This document shows, piece after piece, positions 1 to 11,189 of a stretch of DNA of 64,000 nucleotides. A program made the translations under genes and the position numbers. The notes below the pieces were generated by a model that was given only the letters and a program-made list of their open reading frames with translations, searched no databases and was not told the origin of the DNA. This DNA comes from Catajapyx aquilonaris. Its lineage: Eukaryota. Each line of letters opens with the position of its first letter. Position 1 is the first letter of the stretch. The stretch lies in assembly GCA_000934665.2 (NCBI GenBank), contig JYFJ02000867.1, positions 1 through 64,000 of the forward strand. Direction: 5' to 3'.

Positions 1-59
1 GGGAGGGGGGTGAGGAGATGAGAACGTGGGGAGGGCAGGAGGAGCACCAGCATAACTGA

Positions 60-548
60 TCAGTGGAAATTCAAAGTAAAAAAGTAATCCGTGTTAAAAA
101 TGCCGCATCTGGTCAGCAGCAGCAGACTTCGTGAAAATAATTTTTTTTGAGCATTTAGACTCAAAAAAGTGCCGTTTTCAGATTTATTCTGATGTTTGTT
201 TGACAATCTCTACCAGCACACCAAATTTCAGCATCCTAGGACCACTGGAAGTGCCGTATAATTTTGATGATCAGTCAGTGAGTGAGTGAGTCAGTCAGTG
301 TCATATTTTGGTCGTTTCGGGAGTTTTGGGGATTTTTTAAGTCGGAAATGAAAAGAGATATGAACATGGAAGTAAGGGGGCATTATTTTTAATCGATTTT
401 TATCTACCCAAATAAAAATTTTGAAGCCACGTGTGTTCACCAGTGCGAAGATTCGAGGGGGTCAAAATGACGTGAGTTGTGTCGGGTAAAGGTGGTCCGG
501 CAGTGCGGCGAGAACTTGGCGGGGGCACGGCAGTGCCCCCGCCAAGTT
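60..548. mobile_element. Partial Helentron-associated (HINE/DINE-1-like) non-autonomous element
   Basis: Contains a (CAGT/GAGT)n microsatellite at ~272-300 and a near-perfect 36-bp palindrome AACTTGGCGGGGGCAC-GGCA-GTGCCCCCGCCAAGTT at 513-548 ending in TT. This layout is typical of invertebrate HINEs. The left boundary is uncertain. Confidence 0.45.
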
Positions 549-599
549 TGTATTGTTGTTAATTAATATATTGTGTATTGGTATAAATATTACAGTATA

Positions 600-860
600 C
601 GTTATTATAACAATAATTTTATGGCTTATAATAATAATTTTATGAACTATAACTTATTTTATGAACATTAAATTATTATTTTATGAACAATAAATTATTA
701 TTTTATACAGTAAATTATTATTTTATACAGTAAATTATTATTTTATACAGTAATTATTATTTTATGGATTATACAGTAAATTATTATTGTTTGGATTATA
801 AATTGTCATTTCTTTATGATTTTAAATGATTACTGATGAGTTATTATAACTTATTATAAT
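600..860. repeat. AT-rich degenerate tandem repeat (~21-bp unit ATACAGTAAATTATTATTTTT)
   Basis: Repeated units are directly visible at ~690-790 inside low-complexity AT DNA. Confidence 0.8.
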
Positions 861-1121
861 ATGTGTACATTATTGTACTGGTATATTATGCATTATTATA
901 AAGTGCTATTTTATGTACCACAAATTATAATAATATTATACATTATAATACTGCATTACTATCTTGTACAGTACTGTACATTATGTGAATGTGTACTGTT
1001 ATTACGTTGCCGTTGGATGCCATTGTTTGGGGGGTGGTGCTTGAGTGTGTCAGTGGATCGTTTTAGAGCAGGTACTCTCGAGGGGAGGTTCAGAGCAGTG
1101 TTTACAGGAAAGGTGTCCGAT

Positions 1122-2063
1122 ATGGCTAAGAAAAGTTCTGCGGGCAGTAGTCTGCCCACTGAAGAAGACACTGCGGCGGACAGGGTCGGGAAGTTTCTGC
1201 GGGAGGAGTTCTTCACAAACCCCGAATCCATATGGTCAATGGAGGAGCTAGTATCCCTGGCAGACATAACGTGCGGCTCAGAAGAAGGATCGATGAAGGA
1301 TGTGAGTGATGGTGGTGGTGCAGCATTGTTTCTATACCTGACAAAATAATAATGAGTCTCTCTCAACCTCATATCATCCACAAAAAGGTGAGCAATATGT
1401 CGGTTGTCGGAGAAACTTCAGCCATGTTCACTCCAGTTGCGAAGGCGGCTCGCAACAAACTCGAGCTGCTCAAACTACTCAAGAAGCTGGATAGAAGTGG
1501 AGCTTGGCTCCAAGACGTGGTTCAGAGCATCCCTGACTCTGAGAATAACCTGTGGGTACGTTACACGCACTCTAAAGATATATAAGTACTGGACCTGTGA
1601 GACATGGAATAGTTTTGCGATCTGCGCACACATCATAATTATATATTCAATAATTATATTGGCTAGGCGTGATGAATTAGTCCCTATACGCGTTTGCTCA
1701 TCACCAACGTGCACGTATAGTTACCATGGGTTAAATAACATTCGCGTGGTTTTACAGAACATGAAGGACAAGGTGTTAATTGTGACTCGAACCGACGGTA
1801 GGAAAGTCCTGTTCAAAAACAACCGGATCGAAACACGAACAGTGGATGGAGATGTCGCCCGAATGTGGAGGTCAGTGGACCTGTCCTCACTTGGGGACGA
1901 AGAGATAGCACTTTGCCTGCAGACACCAGTAAGTTCGCACAAACAAAATGTGTACATACTAAAAGGACTGTGAGGTAACATATTGTTTTTTTTCCAGGGG
2001 TTTTGCGTCCCCGCAGGAAGCTCATACCGCACAGGCGACTGTGCACCTCCCTGGAGGATTTAA
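1122..2063 (+). CDS. Divergent transcription initiation factor IIE subunit beta (GTF2E2)-like protein, ~194 aa
   Basis: Exons 1122-1301, 1388-1555, 1758-1928 and 1998-2063, joined by phase-0 GT-AG introns; AATAAA at ~2115. The spliced peptide LLKLLKKLDRSGAWLQDVVQSIPDSENNLW|NMKDKVLIVTRTDGRKVLFKNNRIETRTVDGDVARMWRSVDLSSLGDEEIALCL aligns by eye to the second winged-helix region of TFIIE-beta (recalled human [51 protein letters not shown]). The start codon and last-exon frame are uncertain. Confidence 0.72.
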
Positions 2064-2302
2064 CAAAAATGCAGCAACGACCCCCAACTGTAACGACCCA
2101 AACAGTGTGGCTTCTAATAAAAATATACACCACTTTGTTCATACTGCTGTGTACTGTAGTAGCAGCAGTAACAAGTACAACAACAGCAACCAAATCCGAT
2201 AATAACAGTTTGAATTATCCGCCAGAATTGTCTATAACAGCATCATTGGTCTGAGCGGTATCAGCGCCTCTTTCGGCCATAAAGCGCAAATGTGTCGTAT
2301 CA

Positions 2303-2313
2303 AAGATGGCCGC
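2303..2313 (+). promoter_or_regulatory. YY1/Pho-like motif in the DOHH promoter or 5' UTR
   Basis: AAGATGGCCGC lies ~80 bp upstream of the DOHH ATG, a common housekeeping-promoter arrangement. Motif match only. Confidence 0.35.
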
Positions 2314-2386
2314 GTCCATGTGAGCACTGAACACGTCGTTTATTTTTTTCTGTCTTATTCTGTGAACACGTGTGGATCTCGAAAGG

Positions 2387-4572
2387 ATGAAGCCGGATTC
2401 TGAAGCGGTGCGTCGGGTTGGATCGGTTCTGTCGGACAGGAGCAGGCCGATGAAGGAGAGGTTCAGGGCCCTGTTCACTCTAAGAGGGTTGGGCGGGGAG
2501 GAGTCCATCCAGTGCATCTCGTCGTGCTTCGACGACCCTTCGGCGTTGCTCAAGCACGAGCTGGCCTACTGCTTGGGGCAGATGGGGGACCCCAGGGCCA
2601 TACCAGTCCTCATACGAACCCTCGGGGACAAGGGCCAGGAGCCCATGGTCAGGCACGAAGCAGGTACACACCATACATTAACACCACACTAAATATAATA
2701 TTGTTTCAGGTCACAATTTTCAGTACTTTCGTTACTTACCTTACTTGCGTTAAATAATAATAATTATCCTCTGGGGAGGCATGGTGGTCTAGCGGTTACG
2801 CCACTGGCCAGCCAAGCGGGAGGCCGGGGTTCAAATCCCGTCCCCGTCACCTCTGCTTGGCCGGGTCTTTTTCCGCTTTTCACCCGACATGCCGACTCTG
2901 CTCGGGGCCAGGAGAAAAGGTCTGGTGTTTAAGAGGGTCTGCAACGACTAGAAACTACATGAGAGCGCCCTCCCTTGGGAAGCTCCCCTTCCCCCTACGC
3001 CCGTGGACCAGGGCGTTGCGACGAAACTATGTAAAATTGCAAAATAAATAAAGGTCCGTGTAATACCTCGAAAGAGGTCCGCACTACCCAATAATCCTCT
3101 ATATTAAATGTGATTACCTATTACACTTGTTGCACAACAATTGCGGATTTCAATTTTCGAATTGTGGATGCCAACTATAGGCGACTTACCCTGTATGTTG
3201 GAGAGATGCACTGCGGCTGCAAATTTTCATGCGCTGTTGAATAACTGGTGTGTTAGCCATGATTACATGCTTGTGTCAGCAATTGTTGCATAATTATGCC
3301 ATCTGTTATGTGGGGGCCTGCTAATTGGCATGCAGATTCTTCTAGCCCATTATTACCTGAATGTGCTGCACTGCATTAAAAAAGGTAGCGATCGCCTCAA
3401 GTGGAATCGGCGATGTTCCTTGGCCTTTGAATCCACAGCAAGTGAACCCTTTGCATAGTTTTGCAACGAGCTGAGATTTTGATTTCTCAAGATTTTCCAT
3501 TTCACTGGTTGGACCGCCTGGAACCAGACCGAAGCAGCATTTTGACATGTTTATTCCACCTTCATTGAGCATGCACAGTTGCTAAACCGGCATGTCAACG
3601 CCGCAGATCCTGCTCCAACTGGATTCAATTTCTGTTTTGCTAAAGTTGCATCCTTGCGACTGGAATTTGCATCCTAAACAGTCTTGTGAGATGCACCACT
3701 AATTAGATGTTACGGTACTCATTGGACAATCCGTGACACAATGATCCGACAAATTCACAGGAAGAACAGCGAATGTCTACGCTTCTGCATACATCACACT
3801 GCATTGTTCAAATATTTCATACTCACTTGTCAGTACAAGTTGGAAAAATTAAGTATTGAGAGTACAACTTCATGTTGCGTTTATTTGCAGGTGAAGCACT
3901 TGGAGCTATCGGATGTCCTTCAGTCTTGGATATTCTGAAGGAGTACAGCAACGATCCTGTGGTTGAGGTGGCTGAAACGTGCCAGTTGGCTGATAGACGG
4001 ATTGAGTGGCTTCAATCGCAAAAGGAAAGCACAATCCAAGGTCCCTTTCAGAGTGTGGATCCGGCTCCTCCGGCTCTAGAATCGAACGAGGAGTCACTGA
4101 AATCGGTGCTACTAAACGAGAGCCAGCCACTGTTCGATCGGTACAGAGCAATGTTTGCGCTTAGGAACAAAGGAGGCAAGGAAGCCGTGCTTGCACTGGC
4201 AGCTGGTAAGTTCCGCAAATTGTGTTAGTATAATGTCGGTTAACTTTCGCTTTATCCGAAGGTCTTAAGTGTGGTAGTGCACTGTTTCGTCACGAGATTG
4301 CATACGTGCTGGGACAGCTTCAGGATGCGGCCAGCATCCCACAACTGATTGAGAATCTGGCGGACTTGCAAGAGAACGAAATGGTGCGACATGAATGTGC
4401 CGAAGCGCTTGGTGCAATTGCTTCGCAAGAGTGCATGGACGTACTGAAGAAGTATGAATCTGACGAGAAGAGGGTGGTGAAGGAGAGCTGCGAGATAGCG
4501 CTGGACATGTGCGATTACGAGAACAGCTCGGAGTTTCAGTATGCTAATTCGTTGGCCCAGTTGGAAAGTTGA
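2387..4572 (+). CDS. DOHH: Deoxyhypusine hydroxylase, 300 aa
   Basis: Exons 2387-2663, 3891-4205 and 4262-4572 (two phase-1 GT-AG introns, 903 nt). HEAT-repeat protein with four His-Glu iron-binding motifs ([38 protein letters not shown]) and C-terminal EFQYAN. AATAAA at 4579-4584. Confidence 0.97.
2773..3093 (+). mobile_element. tRNA(Gly)-derived SINE in DOHH intron 1
   Basis: Pol III A box TGGTCTAGCGG and B box GGTTCAAATCC in a tRNA-Gly(GCC)-like head with a broken acceptor stem, followed by ~240 bp of body. Flanked by the direct repeat ATCCTCT (2766-2772 and 3094-3100), a candidate TSD. Confidence 0.75.
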
Positions 4573-5273
4573 GACCCAAATAAAATTGTTTCACAAAATT
4601 AATGCTGAGAATTTTTTTCTGGACAAGTGCACTGATTTTGAGTTTTACGACCAATCGTGTTGAAATGTATTGTACACGCAATTGCTGTAAAATTAAATAA
4701 TTAATTTAACTTCATGAACGGAAATAAACCGTCCCACTTATGTACTGTCTAATTATTACCACAGTTTCACGGAAAATTATTTACAGGTTGACATTTGTTA
4801 AAGCAACAGGAAATGCGATTTCCATAATTTATTTCCAATTTGCACCCAAGTTCCTCCGCACCGTACATACAGCATATTCCATATACTACTACGAAAAAAA
4901 AATTATGTCTTAACCATCTACTGCGTTTGCTAAAAGTTATTACGCTACTTCTCCCTCTTTATATTTCGAAACAGATCACACATGGCACATTGTCAAACTT
5001 TATAAGGGAGAAGGGGAAACAGCTTTGGTAAAAATTGTCTTTTTTTCTTCTTGCAGTTCCGTCAAATAAAAAGTATCACAAGCAAAGTGCATGATGGAAT
5101 TATTTTTTTTCGGTGCACAACGAGGTGAAAACTGAACACAATCATGCAGCATAAATCCATCCATTTAAATCCTTGCTGGTTTTTGGTCAGCTTTTAGTGC
5201 ACTCAAGTTTACGTACGAATAAGTACACCGCACACTTGGATTTTTTTTGCACTCATCAGTTTCGTTACGCAAT

Positions 5274-8200
5274 TTAAGGCGATTCCTTGCGCTTGTTCTT
5301 CCGCTTCTTCGGTCTTTGCCCGCGTCGCCTTCTACCTTTGTCGTTCTTGGCGAATCCGCCAGAGGGGATCATGGACTGCGAGACCATGTTCGGATCCGAA
5401 CAGTTTAACCTCTTGAATATCCGCACCGCTTTCTTGAATGCCTGTAAAACAATAATTACAGCGAGATGCTACATAATGTAAGGCAAATTTTGTTAACATA
5501 CTCTAGAATTCTTGGCCCACGGCATGACAAACGACGGCACCAGAATGCCCGAGTGGTTGTGGCCCATGATCAGGAATGGACCTCGAGCCACCTTGCTCTC
5601 ACAGCAAGCGTCGTCTGCATCCAGACTAAAGATGGGTCGCCTCAAGCTCTTCAACTCGTCCTTCCTCTGGAAAGGGTGCTTGAAGATCTTGGCTTTGCGG
5701 CCAACCAGCTGCAGCTTCTTGCGACCGCGACGGATCCTGGTCCTAACCGCTGCAAAAATAACTGCAGTGAGTTGCAATGCAAAACGCTGAAGCCCGTAAA
5801 AATACTTGCCAAAATCAGCCCTGCAGAAATTGTCCAGGATGTTCTCGTACGTCTCCACTTGATTGCACGCAGTGCAACTCCCATCTGCAAAGACATACGT
5901 ATAGCATGATAAAGGGGCAATGTCCTTTGCAATGAAGCTTGTCCCATCCCACATATTTTCCCATACAAGTTGCTCCTTTTAAAAACCTCGTTAGGGTAAA
6001 CAACTCTGTTTTCATCACACCCTTAGGCTTTTAGCCATCCCCCCCTCTGGAAATTAGCAGGTTAGGAAAAGTGGTCCTTTTTGCCCAAAAGCTACAAAGC
6101 ACGCTAAGCCCAGGACCACACACACAATCCAAACTCACGCAATGCCTCAATCTTTAGTTTTCCCTCCAATCAATTTCTACGAAACGGCTCAGGTTTTGTA
6201 CACATCAATTAAATCAACAATAGGTTAAATTGCAGAATTACTGAAAAACTTTGGTGTTTATAATAATAAAAATATATAATAATAATATATAATAATAATT
6301 TATAATTATTGTTGTGTGTGGAATACACACGTAATACAAAATTAATAACAATAAAACAATGAATACAATAATGAATAATGCAAAATTAATAAGACAATGA
6401 AAGTAGAAAATAATTAATATGGTACAATAATGAATACAAAAGAAATACTACTGCAAATACAAAATAATGAAAAATGATTACTAATACACAATACTAACTA
6501 ATTATTAATAACTAATAAAATAATAGATAAAACCTACAAAATAACTGATAAAAATTAATAGTAATAAGTAACTGGTAAAAATTAATAGTAATAAGTAACT
6601 GATAAAAATTAATAGTAGGGTAGGCTAATAAGTAACTGATATAATAATTAATAAGTAATAGTAATAAATAACTGATATAACAATTATTAATATTAATAAA
6701 TAACTGATATAATAATTAATAAGTAATAGTAGTAAATAACTGATATAATAATTAATAAGTAATAGTAGTAAATAACTGGTAAATTATTAGTAATAAATAA
6801 CTGATAAAATTAGTAATAACTGATAAAATACAATTATAATTAATAACAATCTTAGATCAATTATTATAAGAGGCAAAGTTTGTTGGTTCATTTCGTACCG
6901 ATTGGGTACAGTCAAAGTTTGATTGCTTGTTGTATACAAGTACGTGATGTGACAATTTAATTTTTTCTTAATCTGTGGTTGTTCCATCAGGCCAGGTGAC
7001 TCGAGCAAGCTTGCTAGAGACGACAACTGCGTTTCTCGTAGTTTTTTTTCTTCTCCTCTGATTTTTCTATTGCTTAACGGTGCCTGCAGGGCTACCCTGG
7101 ATAATACTCGACTTCATCTCGATTCACCTCCCAAATGGTTATAATCAAGGCTCCCAAATTGCAGCCTTGGAAACACACAACCTGAGGGCAAACCTTTAAA
7201 AAAAATAAATGATGATTCCATGTCAACAACCATGTTTTCAGTTTCAATTATTTTCATGTCTATATACCTATATAGACATTGTCATTGCAGGGTTTTTTAA
7301 CTCTCCAAATATTTGATCGACCCCTTCCCACAGATTAAAGCTGGAGATTAGTCCAGGCCACGCCCACCTAATAAACGCGTTTGTCTGGTCTTTTTTGAAG
7401 CCCACGTCCTTGTGTGGCCCTCCTCCACCACCACTAGTTTAATATGTGACAACCTCTCCCCCTCATGGCCCTCTCTAACCAACTCTGATCCGAATTATTC
7501 ACATCCTGCCAAATGGGGATGAGGAGGATGAGAATAGGAAAAAGGAAAAGAGGGACAGACCCAAGTCCCCTCAGGGGACAGCCCCTCTCAAAACAGGCTC
7601 TTTTTGTCTTTTTTTTTTTTGAAAAAGGAGAAGGATACTTTTTAAATGGTCTCTAATCATTCCCACCCTGTTTTTCACTCACAGTTTAGGCTATAGTAGC
7701 CCTCCCCCTCTTTTATTTTGGCTAAGGGTTGATTTATGGAGACAGGTTTCCGAAGGGGACTTCCTACTATTATCCCTTGGCACATTTTAAGACCCTCACA
7801 TGGACGAACAACGCATCTTCATTATTGTAAAAGGCAAAGTTTGATTTGCTGTTTGTCCAGGTTTTAATAGTCCATCCTATGGAACGCATCTACATATACT
7901 TATAAAAGACAAAGTTTGTTTGCTTGTTCAGGTTTGGATTAAGATCAATGTCATACCCGTTTCATGCCCATTTTGAGATGCAGATGCGTCTTTTTCTCCC
8001 CAAAAATGAGGCTTCAGCAACAGACTGAACCTGTGTGTTAAATGGAAAGCCAAGCATTGTTGAAAGGTAGTGTCGAGTATATAGAGACTTGTATAACTGG
8101 GGGTCTGGCAAAGTCTCTTCAAAAGTGTCAAGTGAGAAGTTGCAGGACCAGTTTTATCTCGCTCATCTTTGTGCTGGTTTGGAGGTTGGAGGGTGTAACA

Positions 8201-10256
8201 CCAACAGACGTGGGCCTGTCAAAAGTGGTGGGGTGGGGGAGGGCCACCGGGAAGCTGCTTCTGTCCAGTTGACAACCGATGACGGACAAAGATTACCCCC
8301 ACACTTTTTTTTTGTTGTCGTGTCTGTGCAACTATATAACAATCCATCGAATCTTGACTTATTGACTTGTTTCGTGCCAAAGTGCACTGAACCTGATTGC
8401 AACCGGTTTCTTAAAAAGAATGCGAGGAAAATCCTTCCGCATGTTTTGCTCACAACAATCTGGTTGGACTTACAACATTTTGGTGCACCTAGACACACTC
8501 GGCAACCTGGTTGATCACCACCTAGATCCACCAAGTCAATTAAGGTTAAAAAAAATGGCACTTGGCAAAATGGCAAAGCCACAATAACGTCCGTTGGCCC
8601 GATCCACCAACGGGCAAATTGGGAAAGCCACAATAACGTTCGTTGGGCTGTGGCGCACAATGCAGTCAGCGCCTATTAAAATCATCACTGGACCGTGCCT
8701 GGCATGGCCGCAAGACCGACATCGACAGTGCTGGTGCGGTCACCAAAAATCCATACAGATGACACCAACATCTCTCTCCGCCCCGGGGCCGCCCAGGGTA
8801 TGTATATAAGATTGGTTATACACATGCGACTTTGTCCCTTCTGTAATTATGACGATGATTTGAAAGTTAACAATAGAGAGACGAATGGGGTGACTCATCA
8901 TGTGGGGGGTTGGACATGTGCCAATCACTTTGGTTGTTGGGGAGGGCACCTTCTTGACACACTCCATTCACCCTTGGCATTTGACCGCATAATGATGGCA
9001 GCTGGATTCATCAGCTTTGATGGGAGGGGGCTTTAGAGGGACATGCTGTGGGGAGAGCAGCTGTCAACCCTTGATGACCTTTTTAGTCCTGGCCTCCCCC
9101 GTTTCTGTCAAGTTGTCACTTGTCACTATATGCATGGTGGCACGTCAATTTAAGGGGTGTTATAGAAACAGGTTCTCTGGATCTGTCCCCCACCAAGTTT
9201 CATCTCAGCAGACCTTACAAGGCAATCCGGATTATTGGGGGGAGGGTGACGTAACGTCGTTACTTACTGGGCGTGACCTGTGCCCCTGCCTGCTGCCTTA
9301 TGCACATGTCGTTGTCCAACGGGAATCGGTCGCACCTGAACATGTCGGGCCAGGGGAATCCGTAGGTCTTCATCCGGACCTCGCATCCGGTCTGGACCGC
9401 CTGGCAGAGGCTGCGACAAGGGTAGATGGGCCTGTCCAGACACACCGGACTGAACAGGGAGCACAGGAACAGCTGGGTGTCCGCGTGGCATCGGACGTTC
9501 AGGAGAGGTACCCACGACCTGGCCTGCTGGGACACCTCCGCCATCGTGTCGTGCTCCAGGAGGTTTGGCAGGCGCATCTGTGTACCGGACACATCGGAAT
9601 CACATTTACTCGAGAGAAAAAGAAGTAACTATAGCTGCGCTAAACTCAGTAAAAATACTGTATATCTGCACTTCTGCAGTAAGCTATGAAAAAAGGACGG
9701 ATCTCCATGAGACTAAGGAAAAAGACGTAACTCTCATTGTCAGTAAGGCCGTATCTGCATCAGACTCTGTAAAAAGGCCCCATCTCCATTATAAGGGAAC
9801 AACTTCCCATCTGCATTATACGAATGGAAAAAGGCGTAACTACGTTAAAATAAAAAAGGCCGTATCTTCAGTGCACTGAAAAACGACGTATCTCCACGAG
9901 ACAAAGGAAAAACGTCCTATCTGCATCATACTAAGGAAAAAGATGTAAGTGCGTCAAACTCAGCAAAACGGACCTATCTGCACTAAACTCAGTAAAAACG
10001 ACATATGTCCATTAGACTAAGGAAAAAAACGCCATATCTACATTTAGAACCCCTTCGTACAGTGTATGTGGTATACCTTGGTGTATCCGATCCCATGGCA
10101 GAGTGACATGTTGGCCGGTATGTCGACGCACGTGGGCTGCGCTGCCCTTCCTCCGGACACGCTCCAGTCCACATAGGAGGTGGAGGATGACGCGGCGGAA
10201 GAAGAAGACACAACTACGTCAGTCATGAAGAGCAACAGACCGCCGAGTCCCCACAT
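5274..10256 (-). CDS. SFRP: Secreted frizzled-related protein (sFRP1/2/5 type), 326 aa
   Basis: Exons 10256-10077, 9577-9268, 5884-5810, 5749-5502 and 5441-5274 (981 nt, phases consistent). Hydrophobic N-terminus, Frizzled CRD (CVDIPANMSLCHGIGYTKMRLPNLLEHDT..CHADTQLFLCSLFSPVCLDRPIYPCRSLC..FPWPDMFRCDRFP) and netrin/NTR domain (CTAC..NFCRADF..CC..LNC). No transmembrane helices. Intron 3 is GC-AG. Confidence 0.95.
6270..6850. repeat. AT-rich low-complexity/degenerate tandem repeat in sFRP intron 2
   Basis: Repeated TAACTGATA(T)AA..TTAATAAGTAATA units. Confidence 0.8.
9600..10045. repeat. Degenerate ~27-bp minisatellite filling sFRP intron 1
   Basis: Recurrent AAAAGGCCGTATCTGCATCAGACT-like units throughout the intron. 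Confidence 0.65.
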
Positions 10257-10857
10257 TTGTATCCTTATTGTGTCACACACACTTCTTGATTAACTCATCA
10301 TCCTTATGATTATAAGGACACACACCACCCGGCCTTCGAACCTTCCAGCACTCGGCCTGCTCCTGCACTGCTGGGCTGCTCTGGACTTGGGAGAGACCCA
10401 CCCTCTCTCAGTCTCTCTCTAAGCAAGCAAACACCCCCCACCAACCACCCAGCAGACCCAGTCTCTCCCTGCCACACCACTTCCCCAGGCTATGTGATGT
10501 GATGGGGGCGATGCTAAACTAACCAGCCAACTCTGTGTGGTGTCTGGGGCGGATCAGATGGCCTTGCAAACACACACACACACACATCCATAGCACCCAC
10601 ACGCCTTATTCCCAGGTCTAATGGGTGCCCTACCACCTTTACTTGGACGAAAAAAATAATAATTTTTAAAAAAAGGTGCAAGGTCGAAATCAAGAGGATT
10701 AAGCAGGTTGATGAGACACGGACAAGAAATGACGTTTTGATAACTGCATAGGGGACCTCAGAAAAGAAGAAACCAGTTTTGCATAGCGGTACACTCGGAG
10801 GCAAAAGGATAGTAGCCGATGGCCACTGCGCCTCCACCCACATTTTACAAAGGGAAT

Positions 10858-11060
10858 TGAAGAGGATTGCTCACTCCAGCAACCACGTTCGACATTGCAG
10901 CAACCTGTTGCTTTCCACAAAGAAGAGATTTGTTCGCTCCAGCAACCGCGTTCGAAGTTGCAGAAACGTGTTGCAAATTCCCACATTTCGAAGATATTCG
11001 AAGAAGATTGTTCGCTCCAGCAACCACGTTCGAAGCAGCAACCTGTGTTGCTTCCAAGAT
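10858..11060. repeat. Three-copy ~60-80 bp tandem repeat upstream of sFRP
   Basis: The core GATTG(T/C)TC(G/A)CTCCAGCAACC(A/G)CGTTCGA..GCAG(C/A)AAC(C/G)TGT occurs three times. It explains the repetitive ORFs on both strands here. Confidence 0.85.
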
Positions 11061-11189
11061 CGTCCACATTTCAAATTTTGTACAAAAATTGGTGAAAAAA
11101 ATTACAAATATACAAAAATCATAAGGGCAGTGTTGCCATATTTAGAGTTCGACACTACTCCGTCAAAATTTGAACTTCAAAAGTTCATT

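Noticed and set aside
2773..2850. Functional tRNA-Gly gene
   Set aside because: The acceptor and anticodon stems do not pair, and it is followed by a SINE-like body with a candidate TSD.
8563..8650. ~49-bp tandem duplication containing a miR-263/96-like AATGGCACT seed nearby
   Set aside because: A simple two-copy duplication; the match to the miRNA ends after the seed and there is no hairpin.
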